A DNA stretch of 64,000 nucleotides, from contig NC_067403.1 of NCBI RefSeq assembly GCF_016432865.1, positions 256,122,001-256,186,000 on the forward strand, written 5' to 3'. The notes beneath the pieces were generated by a model. That model worked only from the letters and a program-made list of their open reading frames with translations, searched no databases and was not told the origin of the DNA. A program made the position numbers and the translations under genes. This document shows positions 10,501 through 22,500 of the stretch, in pieces (the stretch's first letter is position 1; every line of letters begins with the position of its first letter). The DNA is from Antechinus flavipes (Eukaryota).

Positions 10501-13500
10501 TCTGGGAGAGGACGCGGGGCCGCTCGGGCTCTATTTGCTCCCAGAGGCCAGAACTGGGGCACAAAATCCCTCCGAGGGCCGAGCCGGGGCTGGAGTGAGC
10601 TCCCCGTCCTAGGGGTATTCAAGGCGAGACCACATGGCCACTGCTGGGGGCGTCGTGGGGGGCCCCGGTTCTGGGCCACTGGGACTGGGTCTGCGCTCCA
10701 GCTGCTGCTTTTTTTTGGCAAGACTAGAGAGGGTTAAGTGGCCACTTTCCCTGGGGTCTCAGTTTCTCCAGCTGTAAAATGGCTTGCTGCCCGCCCCGCC
10801 TCCATCTGCCAGAGGGTCCCTCCGGAAATATCCCGGGAGAAGCTGTGTCCCAGGAGGTTTTCCCGAGGGCCTTCAGGAAGTGAGACCCTCAGGGCCTCGG
10901 CCCAAAGCCAGCCCTTCTGGCTCAGTCCCTGCAGACCCGGAGCGGGGCCTAGATGAGGCAAGAGCCGGCCCCGGGGGGCTTCCGGCCGACGTTCCCAGGC
11001 TTCTGGGGCCCGGAGGTCAGCCCGAGTCCCCAGGGGTGCGGAAGCCCAGACCTGGCTGCGGCCCCGAGGAATCGGGGGGATGAGTGTCCCGGACGGGGAG
11101 GAGCCGCCTCAGCTCTGCCCTTGCCTTCGCGCGTCCGGAGGGTCCCGGGGAGGCGGCTCGGGCAGAGTCAAAGAGCCTCCGGAGGAGGCCGAGGCGAAGG
11201 GGTCCCGGGAGCAGAGGCTGGAGGCCCCGCGAGGGAGGAGGCTCCGGAGGCCGCAGGAGCAGGTTTAGGCAGGTTTAGGCTGTGGGGCTGGAAACTCCGG
11301 AACAATTTAAGTGGAACAAGCTGCCTTGGAAGGAGGAGGGCGCCCTGTGATCGGAGACCACTAGGCCGTCGGGCCCCAGGGCGCCCCTATCCAGCGCCCC
11401 CCTTTCTCTCAACGCTGTCACTCCTTTTTGGGAGTTTGTTTAGCTTTTTGCTTTTCCAAATTGTGTACGAGCAGCTTGCAAAACCCTGGCTTCCAGATTT
11501 TCCTCCCTCCCTTTCCCCTCCCCTAGATGGCAGGTAACCCAGGCCTGGTGACCCCGGAGGTAACTGAGGCAGGCGGTTGGCCCGGCCCGGCGGGTGTGCT
11601 GGCTGCCATTGGCCGGCTGCAGGGCCCGGGAGACTCTTCTCGCCAGGGCAGAGGTTCTGGGAGGGGGCTTCCCTTAGGGACCCAGAGCAAGGCCCGGGGA
11701 GCGCCCCCTGGTGAGCAGTCGCCCCTTGCAAGCTCCTTGAGGGCTTTGCCTCTTTTTGTGTCCTGAGAAATTAGCTCAGTGCCTGGGAGGGCTTATGGGT
11801 GCTTCTGTGCAAGTGATTGACAGCTCCCCCCCCCCCCAGCCATCTTAGAACAGGGAACATTCACAGGGAGAGGGGCTAGGAACGGAGAAGGTCGGAGCGG
11901 TGACTTTGAGCGCATGAGCGCGCCTCTCTGGCCCGCATGACCCCGCTTGGACAACAGCGCTGGCGTTTTATGTTCTAAGACCTTCCAGCTCCGACATCCC
12001 ACGTTCTAAGGCCCCTCCGGCTCTGAGTTCCATGTTCTCTGCTCCGATCCGGCTTTCTGTGTCCTAAGGCCCTTCCAGCTCCATCTTGTGTTCTGAGCCC
12101 CCCGGCCTCTGACACTCGCTGCTCTACGGCTCTGCTGTCATTTGTCGAGCCCCTCTGTTCCGGGCCCTGTTCTAAGCCTGTTCTAGCCCCTCCCCGCCCC
12201 CCCAGCTCTGACTGAAGTCAGTAACGTCCGCCCGCTGGCTTTTTCTCTTTAACTTGTTTCAGGCTGGGCTGCAAGGTCCCCTCCGCTCTCTGCCGCTCCC
12301 GGGCCTTGCTGCCCTGAGCTTTCCCACGCTGGGAGCCCTCGGGCCGCGGTCACCCAGGGGGGTGGGGAGCCAGACGGCCCCGGAGCCAGCCGGGGGGAGG
12401 ACCGCTCTGTGGGTATTGGGAGGAGCTGGGAGGAGCTGGGAGGCGGCCCAGACTCGGGTCCTCTGGGGCAGAGGAAGGAAGGGCAGGGTGGGCGGCGGGG
12501 AGCTAAATGGGCAACTCTGAGGCAAGTGGGAATTTCCCAGTGAATGAAAATTGGCTGGGGGGGTGGGGGGGCAGAGGGCCCCGCCCCAGTATCTGGGGAG
12601 CCCCCTCCCACAGCAGGCTGGCCGAGTGGCACAAGTTGGGGCGCAGCCCTCGGCTCATTTCCCAGGGTCAGGGAGCACCCGGGCCCAGGGCCCCTTTCCT
12701 GCTGCCCTCTGCCCCTGGTGCCCTCCACCCATCTCCTGTTTCTGTGCCAGGTCCGGGGCCTGGTCCCTCGCCAAGCTCGCAGCCCCTTCGCCAGCCCGGG
12801 CCGGTTTTATGTAATCAACGTAGGGAGCTTGGAGGGGGAAACAAAGTGGGGCACGGGGGAGGGAGCGTTCTCAGGAGCAGGAAGGGAGGGGGCAAAGGTG
12901 GGACCCTGCGAGTGCCTCCGGGAGTGTCAGAGGAGCTGGCAGCTGAACGTGGCTGGGACAGGGGCCAAGCCCTTGTTGTGTAGGGACCGCTGCGGGGCCC
13001 TGGGTCAAACCCGGCCGCGTGACTCTGGGCAAGTGCCTTGACCCTGATTGCCTCAGTTTCCTCACCTGTCAAATGAGCTGGGGGCCCGCCGAGAGTTGAA
13101 CCCCACTGAATGGTCCCGTTTTGCAGATGAGGAAACTGAGACCCAAGGAGGAGAAGGAGCTTTCCCAGTCACTCACGACTGGCAAGGCTGCTGTATGGAT
13201 GAGGCTGGTTTTTGTCTCAGACACACAACACGAGGCTCTTTAAAATCTCTTTTCGGGGAAGGGAAAAACCTGGTTCTTGTAACTCGGGAGCTCCAGATTC
13301 CCTCAGTCCCCCCCTCCCCTCCCCCACCCCGGAAGGTGGGCTCTTTGACCCCGTGTGTGGCCCATTTCCGTCCCTTAAAATTGGTGCCGACCCCAGGTTG
13401 AGCTCGGGGGGCCCCCACCAGGTCCCCGAAGCACCCAGCTGTGCGTGGAAGGGAGGGGCGTCCCCCCGATCTCCCCCTTCTCCCTTGTCCCCAGCCGGTC

Positions 13501-16500
13501 CCCATCATTGTCGCTCTCTCCCCACGCCGCCGCTCGCTTTACTTCCAGGGGGCTCTGGTGCTTCCCCGAGCTCTTCAGTGGTTAGTCCTCCCGGCCGTTC
13601 CCTCCCGCCCCGCCGGCGTCCTTGGCCCCCGCCCTCCGAGCCCCGAACAAGCTGGGAGCCCCTCCCGCCGGCCTCGGCCCAGCTCAGGCCCCGCAGGTCC
13701 CGCTGCCCCCCAGGGCCCAGGCCGGGAAGAGGGCGGGGTGGGAAGTCACCTGAGCGAGGGGAAGACCTGGGAGGTCAAGAGGAATTGGGAACTCCCCGAG
13801 TCTCACTTCTCCTTTCCCGAATCCGCCGCGAGCCCGGACCAAGAGGGAAAGCCCGGCCAGGGTGCCCCCTCCCCCCCCAATCCTGGGCACATTGTGGGGA
13901 GCCCCCGGCCGCCCCCAGGCCAAGCACAGTCCGGCTCCGAGCTCGGCCCGGGGGGGCCCTGGGCCCCAGAAACCCATGGGATCAAGACCAAGACAGAGGC
14001 AATGGGGAGGGCTTCCTGAAGGGGGCGAGCTTTGAGTTGGACTCTGACAATTGAGCGCGGTGTCTGACAATTTAGGCTGGAGGCGAGATGTGAATGGTGT
14101 TGGGGGGGCCTAGCGTGGGGGACAGTGGGGAGGACTCAGGTCAGGCTGGAGGGCCGGGTGGGGCTGGCTGGGAGTGGGCTTTGCAGACCCCTGGAGAAAT
14201 CGTGCAGTGGGGAGCCCCGGAGGCCGGCTGAGAGAGATCTGAGAGAGAGGCTGGAGGGCGTCGAGGTTGTTTTGAGAGATTCGCAGGAGGAATTGCAGAG
14301 GAGGCTTTTAGTCTAGAGAGGGGACCCAGAGATGGCGGCTCTGGCGCCCACGGGGCGGAGCTGGGCCTGGACTCCCTCGGCCTCTGTCTGGGGCTGGCTG
14401 TGAGAGAGCCGCTGGGCCCCCTGGGACGGAGAGCGGCCCGCGCTGGCTGCTGGGCCTTCCCGGGAGGGCCGGGCTGAGAAGTCTCCCGGAGGTGACTTAG
14501 CCCTTTGTGCCTCCTGCGCGTGAGAGGGTCAGAAATAAATTGTTTTATACCGGAGGCTCTAATACGCGCTCGGTCACAGGGTAACGTCCGGTGCATGTCA
14601 CGTACGGTATCACGTGACGCGCTGTAATGCAGCGGCGGGACCTCGGGCGTACGTACCTTGGGGAGCACATGTCTGTGCACGTGATCTATGTCGCATTTTG
14701 TATTCTCTCCTTTGCGCTTCATAATAAGAGGAGACAGAGACAGAGACAGAGAGACACAGACACAGCCACGGCCAGGGTGTGTCAGAGGCGGGACCTGACC
14801 CGGGTCCACCTGAGTCCCAGTCCTGCCGACGGCCCCCCACCTGCTGCCTGCCTGGTGGGGGTGGCCGAAGGGCTGGGGGGGCGCGGCCGGCACGGCTCCC
14901 AGCGCGGCGGGCCCCAAACGCCGCCTGAGCCACTTGCCGGGTGACCCCGGGCCAGACCGAGCCCGGCAGGAGCCGTGGGTTCCCCGTCCGTAAGAGGGGG
15001 GCGTTTTTGGCCCATCCGGCCCCACACCTTCAGTTCCGTCTCTCCTGGTCCCCTGCCTCCCCGGCTCCGGGGCTTCCTCCCAGAGGTTCTGCTCTCGCAC
15101 TTTGCTTCTGCCCCCCTGCCCAGTCCCAGGATGCTCGGCGTGTCTGCCTCTGGGCCCCCGCATCCTTCTCTTTGATGGAATCACAGACCCTTAGAGCACG
15201 GGACGCCGGCCCAGAAGGGCTCCATCACAGGACAGAGACCTGGAAGGTCAGAGCAGGAAAGGACGCGGAACGTGGAATGTGGCTAGAGCAGAGCCTGGAC
15301 TGCGATGTCTCGGCCCAGGAGGGGCCTCTGGGATCCCCCCACTCCCCATTTTGCAGAGAAGCAGCCCCGGGCCAGCCCCACCGCTTTCCTGCCAGCCCCT
15401 CCCTTGCTCTCCCGCCTCGCGCCTGCCTGAGAGGCAGTTTCCCACGGCTCCTCGGGGCCAATCTCCATCCCGCGGGGAAGGTGCCCCTGACCCTGCCAGC
15501 CTGTCCCTGACCTGAGGTCAGCCCGGAGGTGTGGGTGAGGGCAGGGGGAGCCCAGGAGGTCGGACCGGGTCACCTGGGGCCCTGGCTGCCCTCCTTGATG
15601 ATGGCACTCGGCCCCCCGTGCGTCGGGTGCTTCCCCCTTAACCGCTCCTGTTGCCGCTTCCCTCTGAGCCCCAGCGGCTCCCAGAGCCCGGCAGCTCCTC
15701 CCTGTTCTGTGGGCCAAGGGTCCCCTCTGCGGGTCCGGCCTTCCGGGCTCAAGGCCCGGCTCTAACACACAAAGGAAGGGCCGGGGAGCCCAGGCTATTG
15801 TGTCAAGGCCCCATTGTCAGAGAGGCTCCGGCGTTAAATGGCCTCCCCCAGGCCACGGCCGGCCCGGGGACCCCAGGGACCGGGACAAAGCAAGAACTCC
15901 CATCGGTGTTCTCTGCCCCAAAGCTCTGAGAGCTCCGCCATGCCCTCAGCAGCAGGGGAGCCGGGCTCTGGGGGCTCACGGACTGGACGTCCCGTGGGAG
16001 TGGGAGGGCACTGAGAGCATGGAGAGCCAGCGGCTCCCCCCCTCTGGTGCCAGCCCGGCCTGGCACAGGGAGGGCCCCGGCTCTCGCAGGAGACCCCCAC
16101 CACTCTTGCTCTGTGCTTGGTGAGAGTCTCCAGAGGGGCCTAGAGAGAGGGAGGGGGGCTCCTGGGAAGCAGAAGGGCCGCCCCGAGCCGAGACAAGCTC
16201 AGCCCGGCCAGCGCCCCACAGAGGGCCTGTTCTAGGAACCTCCAGTGGGAGGCTGGAGCCTCCGGGCTGAGGGCCAGGTGGGAGAGAGGAGGCGGTGGAG
16301 AAATCCGGCGGAGGAAGCGAGCCCCAGGCCAGGAGAAGGCTGGGAAGGGGCACCCAGCTTGGTGTCCCCCTCGGGCACCATGGGACCTTAGCAGGGCACC
16401 TGCTCCTTCTGAGCCTCAGTTTCCCCGCCTGTAAAGGGCTTAGAGCAGCTGCTCTCGTGTCTCTTCACTCTGAGAGTCTGTGCTCGGAGGTCCCTCCCAG

Positions 16501-19500
16501 CTCTGACATCCCGGCCCAAGAGTTACCTGTGACATGCTAGGCTGGCCCAGGCCACCCTCGAGGGCCGAACTGGAGCCGGTTTCCTCCCCCCAAATCTCGC
16601 CTCCTTCCTGGGCTCGGTTTCCCCAGTTGTGGCCTTTGTGGCCCCCCAAGTCTAGCATTGGATTTTCCTCTGACATGCAGCTCCTATGCAGGGTGGGGGG
16701 AGCCAGCCTCCCTGCCCGGAAGGTCAGAGGTCAGCCCGGAGGGCGTGGGTGAGGGCAGGGGGAGCCCAGGAGATCAGACCGGGTCACGGCTCCCCGGGGG
16801 CTTTATTAGCGAGATCCCAGGGAAGGAAAAGCCAGGAAGGCAGCGAGCGCCAGCCCAGAGAAGGGACCCAGAGCATCCCCAAGTCCGGACTGGGACCCGG
16901 CCCTCGTCCTCCAGGACTCTGCTCCCTCCCTCCAGGCTGGAGACAGAGACTTCCTGGGAGGTGGAGGGCAAGTGACAGAATAATTGGGTGCGTCCCTGCA
17001 CCCGGAGGCCCCTTTCCCATCCCAGCCCCCGCCGCCTCCCCCTTCCCAAAGATAACCACACCTGTCAGGCAAGTCTGGAGGGAAAAGGGATTTTCTTCCC
17101 ATAAGCACCTTGTGAGAGGGATGGTACAGAGTTCCCCAGCATGGGCTCTTTTAACTCACTGCCCGTCTGGCCTGAGTGTGCCTGTCGTTTGTCTGCCTCA
17201 GTGGTCTCTTCTGTAAATGGGAATGACAATGTTGGCTCTGGAGCTATCTGCCCCCATGGCCTCCCTTTCTCTGAGCCTCGCCTGTAAAATGGGGGGGTCA
17301 GCGTAGAGGACCCCTTAGGACCTTTGTCACCCCCAGATCCAGGGACCCCATCCTCTGCCTCTCACCAGACCCACTTCCTTCTCCACAGGAGACCCCGGCT
17401 CCAGATCCTGCCTCAGTCTCCGCCAGCCAGAAGCCCACTGGTAAGCCCACGGCTCCCGGCTCCAGGGAAGGGGGAGAAGTGGGGGAGGAGGCAGCACGCC
17501 AGGCCCAGACTCCTCTCCCCGGGATCGGTCTCAGCCATCCTGTCACGCAGATGAGCTTCAGGGACCCCCACTTGGGGAGATAAAGTCCCCTCCTGGCCTC
17601 CTGGGGGCTCCCTCCAGCCCCGGGACATCTGGGCATTCAGCGTGACCTCTGTTTGCAGATGCGAACCTTCCTGCCGAGGAGTCTCTGCCAAGTTCCAGTT
17701 CCAGCGTCAGTCCCAGTGAGGAGCCTGGGATGGTGAGGAGGGCTGGGGCAGGGGGAGGGCAGGGGCGTGGGGGGGGAAGCTGGGCCCCCACCCCAAATCC
17801 TGGCTCGGAGGGGAGGGGGGGGCTGTTGTATCCAAGGGAAGCCATGGTTGAGAGGCAGCGAGTGGAGGAGAAAGAGAGAGAAAGAGACAGAGACACAGAG
17901 AGATAGAGACGAAGAGAGAGAGAGAGAGAGACAGAGAGAGAGAGACGGACGAAGAGAGACAGAAGTAAGAGGAAGAGGGAAAACAGAGACAGAGACAGAG
18001 TCATCAAGAGACAGAAAGAGAGAAGCAAGAGACAGAGATAGAGAAGCAAAAGAAAGAGAAACCACAGGTCTTCAGGAAGCCATGAGTTCAGGTCCTGCCT
18101 CCCCGCTCTCGATGCTCTGGATAGCTGAGGGAAGGAGCTGAGACCTGCATGTGAAGTTCCCTCCCACCCACGAAGGCTCAGCTCCAGGCCTGGCTGCTCT
18201 CCAGAGGCGCCAGTGGTCCAGGGGCTGGGCTTTGGCCTCGGGGAGGGACGGGGGGGGGGCAGAGCACTGGGAGCAGGGCTCTGCAGAGGGCAGGAGCGGC
18301 CCCCTCAGACTGAAAGCCCTCCTCTCCCCCCTCAGCAGCGTTTCCAGGACACAAGCCAGTACGTGTGCGCCGAGCTTCAGGCCTTGGAACAGGAGCAGAG
18401 ACAGATCGATGGGCGGGCGGCCCAGGTGGAGACGCAGCTGCGGAGCCTCATGGAGACAGGTACCGGCCGGACCGCCCCTCGAGAGGAGCCTCACGGGCTC
18501 CTGTGTCCCCAAAGGGAGGTTAAGGAGACCCACGGCCCACTCCCAGATCTGATGTTCTTCCTTCTAGATTCAGAGTCCCCCTCGGCTCTGACATTCGGGG
18601 TTCTAGACTATCGGATGTGTGTTCTCTGTTCCAAGTCTCCCCCCGTGCCCCGATATTTGAGGTTCTAAACTATTCAACCTGTGTTCTCTGTTGCAAGCCC
18701 CATCCTGGCTCTCACATCCCTTGTTCTAGATTCGGAATTCCTCCCCCAGCTCTAGAATTCAGGTTCTAGACTATCCGGTGTGTGTGTGTTCTTGGTTCCA
18801 GCCTTTTTGGGTTTCCAGCATCTCTTATTCTGGGCTCTAAACTAGTCTGAGCTCTTCTCTCCCAGAGGCGGCTTTGCTTCTGACTTGTCCCCCGTGCTGC
18901 CCTCTAGTGCCCGACAGTGGAATACCAGGACTAGATTCCTAGACCTGCCATCCTAGGCGGGTTTGTCTCCTCCTTCCTGGATTCATTCAAACGTTATACA
19001 ATGAATGATTCTTAAGCACCTACTGTGTGCAGAGGCCTCGCTCCGGTGTAATATTCTTCTCCAAAATGTCATGTTCTCTGGGAGCAGGTTCTAGGAGAGA
19101 CAGAGTTCCAAAAGTTACAGTTTCTCTCCTCAAGGAGCTTACATTATTAGATGGCCATCATCAGGGCTTTCTGATCCATGTTTAACGAGCAGCTCCTTTC
19201 ACTAAGATAAAATGTACACACGATACACTTGTGAGTTTAACATGCTTAGAGTGTGTGACATCACTACGAAAGTCTCGGTTCTCAACGCTCAGGGATCCAA
19301 AGCGATCCCATAAACTCTGGACAGAAAATGCCCTCTGCACCTGAGAGAACCAAGGAGGCTGAATGGAAACCATCCCCTGCTACCTCCATTTTTTTCTGGT
19401 TTTTTTTTTTTTAATCTCTCTCGTGGTTTTTCCCTTTTGCTTTGCTTTTTCTCTCCGCACCCGATTCCTAAAGCAGTGTGCGTTAAAAAGAAATAAAATG

Positions 19501-22500
19501 ACCACGGAGAGAGTTTAATCCACTTTATGAACATTTTCTTAAGTGTAGAAGTTTTTGAAAAAGGTAAAATCAAGCCCAGATTTGTAGTTTTTGCCAAGTT
19601 TCCACTTGCAAATGCTCACGCTAAAAATTTAGCAATCGTCTCCAAGTCCAAGCTGGCTCAGGCGCGGTATAACCGAGTCTTGTAGCATTCTCAGGGTTTT
19701 GGTAGCTGAGGGAATCTGGGAAGGCTTCCTGGAGGAGGCTTTGAATTGGGCTTTTAAAGGAATGGCGGGAACCTTGATAGAAGAGCCAGGGGAGGGAGAG
19801 CATCCATGCTAGGAGGAACGGTAGCACGTGCCAGCAAAGCGCGGAGGTGGGACCACCCAGGCCGTCTGTACCTTCCCAGAGTCGCTATCAAGGGCAGGGC
19901 ACTTACTGGGCAGGGTCAAGGGAAAGGCTCTTCTCCTCCCCACCCCTCGCCCTGCCCCCAGGTGGCTTTCAGCTGAGGGAGCCTCTGCTCCTTGAGCTGT
20001 CCCACAAGCCCCGTTCCCTTCCAGGTGCCAACAAGCTGCAGGAGGAGGTGCTGATCCAGGAGTGGTTCACGCTGGTCAATAAGAAGAACGCCCTGATCCG
20101 GAGGCAGGACCAGCTCCAGCTCCTGTGAGCCCATCCCTGGGGGGAGGGAGCAGTCCTCATCAGGTTCCCCATCTCTGGGACAGATCCTTCCCTTCACCAT
20201 CAGAGTCTTTGAGAGCACCTACTGTGTGCTGGATCTGTCCTGGGGACCCAGGCAGACGATGGTCCCCTTGCACATCAAGCGACCTGACTGACTCAACATG
20301 CTCGGTCNNNNNNNNNNNNNNNNNNNNNNNNNNNNNNNNNNNNNNNNNNNNNNNNNNNNNNNNNNNNNNNNNNNNNNNNNNNNNNNNNNNNNNNNNNNNN
20401 NNNNNNNNNNNNNNNNNNNNNNNNNNNNNNNNNNNNNNNNNNNNNNNNNNNNNNNNNNNNNNNNNNNNNNNNNNNNNNNNNNNNNNNNNNNNNNNNNNNN
20501 NNNNNNNNNNNNNNNNNNNNNNNNNNNNNNNNNNNNNNNNNNNNNNNNNNNNNNNNNNNNNNNNNNNNNNNNNNNNNNNNNNNNNNNNNNNNNNNNNNNN
20601 NNNNNNNNNNNNNNNNNNNNNNNNNNNNNNNNNNNNNNNNNNNNNNNNNNNNNNNNNNNNNNNNNNNNNNNNNNNNNNNNNNNGAGAGGAGGAGGAAAGA
20701 AGAAAGGAATGAAAAAAGGAGGAGNNNNNNNNNNNNNNNNNNNNNNNNNNNNNNNNNNNNNNNNNNNNNNNNNNNNNNNNNNNNNNNNNNNNNNNNNNNN
20801 NNNNNNNNNNNNNNNNNNNNNNNNNNNNNNNNNNNNNNNNNNNNNNNNNNNNNNNNNNNNNNNNNNNNNNNNNNNNNNNNNNNNNNNNNNNNNNNNNNNN
20901 NNNNNNNNNNNNNNNNNNNNNNNNNNNNNNNNNNNNNNNNNNNNNNNNNNNNNNNNNNNNNNNNNNNNNNNNNNNNNNNNNNNNNNNGAGTCGGGATGGG
21001 GGAGGCCCTCAAGTCCTTACTAGTGAGTTTGAAGGGACTGGGCCTTTCTCACCTGGAGAAGGGAAGTGGTGCTGGTGATGGTGGGTGACCAGAAGCTGCC
21101 TGTAAGTGTTTGAGAGAACACTGAGTGGGGGGAAGGGTAGAGAATGACTGCATCTAGGAGCAGTGGGGGGATTCTATGGGCCAGGCCTGCTACTAGAGGA
21201 GACAGAGAACTGGTCTCTGAGCCTAGAGGAAATGGGGTGGCAATGGAGGGCACCAGGAAGTCTTGAGTTCAAATCCAGGTTCAGACACTTCTAAGCTGTG
21301 TGAGTCCGGGAAAGTCACTTAACCTCTGTTGGCCTCAGTTTTCCTCATCAGCAAAATGGGATCAGGCATGACTGAAATAACTGAACAACAACAAAGTGGG
21401 ACTAATTATAGCACTTCCTTTCCAGGTTGTGAGAACTAAGTGAGGTAATATTTGTAAAGCACTTAGCACAGAGCCTAGTATACAGTAGGCATTATATAGA
21501 TGCTTATTCCCAGCACAGTCTGGTATGTAGTAGGCATTCTATAAATGCTTATTCCCTTCATCTTCCCCTTTATCCAAGAATACCTGGGTTCAAGTCCCGC
21601 CTCTGACACCTGGTAGCAGTTCCTATGTAAGATTGGAGGAGGTGAGACCTGCACCGTGAGGGGAGCTCCCACTATGGGTGAATCCCAGGCCCAGCCCCCG
21701 GCCCTCCGGGGAGCCAGGCACCCGACAGGCAATCCTGCCCTCAGGGAGCCTCCGCTCCAGGCAGAAGGGAAATGAGGTGCTTTCTGCCGTCGGGTTACGA
21801 GACAAAGCTAATGAAAGGCTGGAAGACCGGACTCAGAGCCCGGAGGGGACTGGCCCGGGGCCACCCACAGGGGAACTGCGGTATTCCATCTCCTGCAGCG
21901 CCACCTGGCGGCCCCTCGTGGTGTCCGAATTGTCTGCAGAGATCCGCCTCGGTTTATCCCATTGGATGCCGGGGGCTGCTCCTGTCTCCACCGGGGGCGA
22001 GGAGAGAGGGTCTCCACAGCGGAGGCATCTGGCTGTGACCCCGGGCAGGCAGCCTCCCCTGGGATTGGGGAGGGGCTTGCCGGGTGCAGCATTCCCATTG
22101 GCTGAGAAGCTTTATTAAGAGGAGGGGCTTCTTGGTGCGCACGCACGCGCAGGGGTGTCTGCAGTGACCACGCGGCGCTCCACAGGGCCCTCCGCAGTAG
22201 TCCTGGCGCCTCGGGTTAAGGCAGCCCTTGAGGCTGGATCGGGGACCTCAGGCGCTGTCCCCGCCTTGCGAGAAAGGAGCGACTTGTCTTGCATTATGCA
22301 GCCAGCAGGGGCAGCTAGGGGGCGCAGTGGATAGAGCACCAGCTCAGGAGGGCCTGAGTTCAAATTTGATCNNNNNNNNNNNNNNNNNNNNNNNNNNNNN
22401 NNNNNNNNNNNNNNNNNNNNNNNNNNNNNNNNNNNNNNNNNNNNNNNNNNNNNNNNNNNNNNNNNNNNNNNNNNNNNNNNNNNNNNNNNNNNNNNNNNNN

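Noticed and set aside
14125-14316. Coiled-coil-looking ORF ([30 protein letters not shown])
   Set aside because: It lies in purine-rich L2-like remnant sequence with no convincing splice sites; probably chance.
17558-18049. Hydrophobic membrane-like ORFs here and at 24276-24680 and 1397-2095
   Set aside because: Translations of (GA)n/(TC)n microsatellites and the 70-bp minisatellite.
20125-21023. ORFs spanning N runs
   Set aside because: Artefacts of assembly gaps.
22307-22371. tRNA gene
   Set aside because: It has A/B boxes but no complete cloverleaf; it is a tRNA-derived SINE head cut by a gap.
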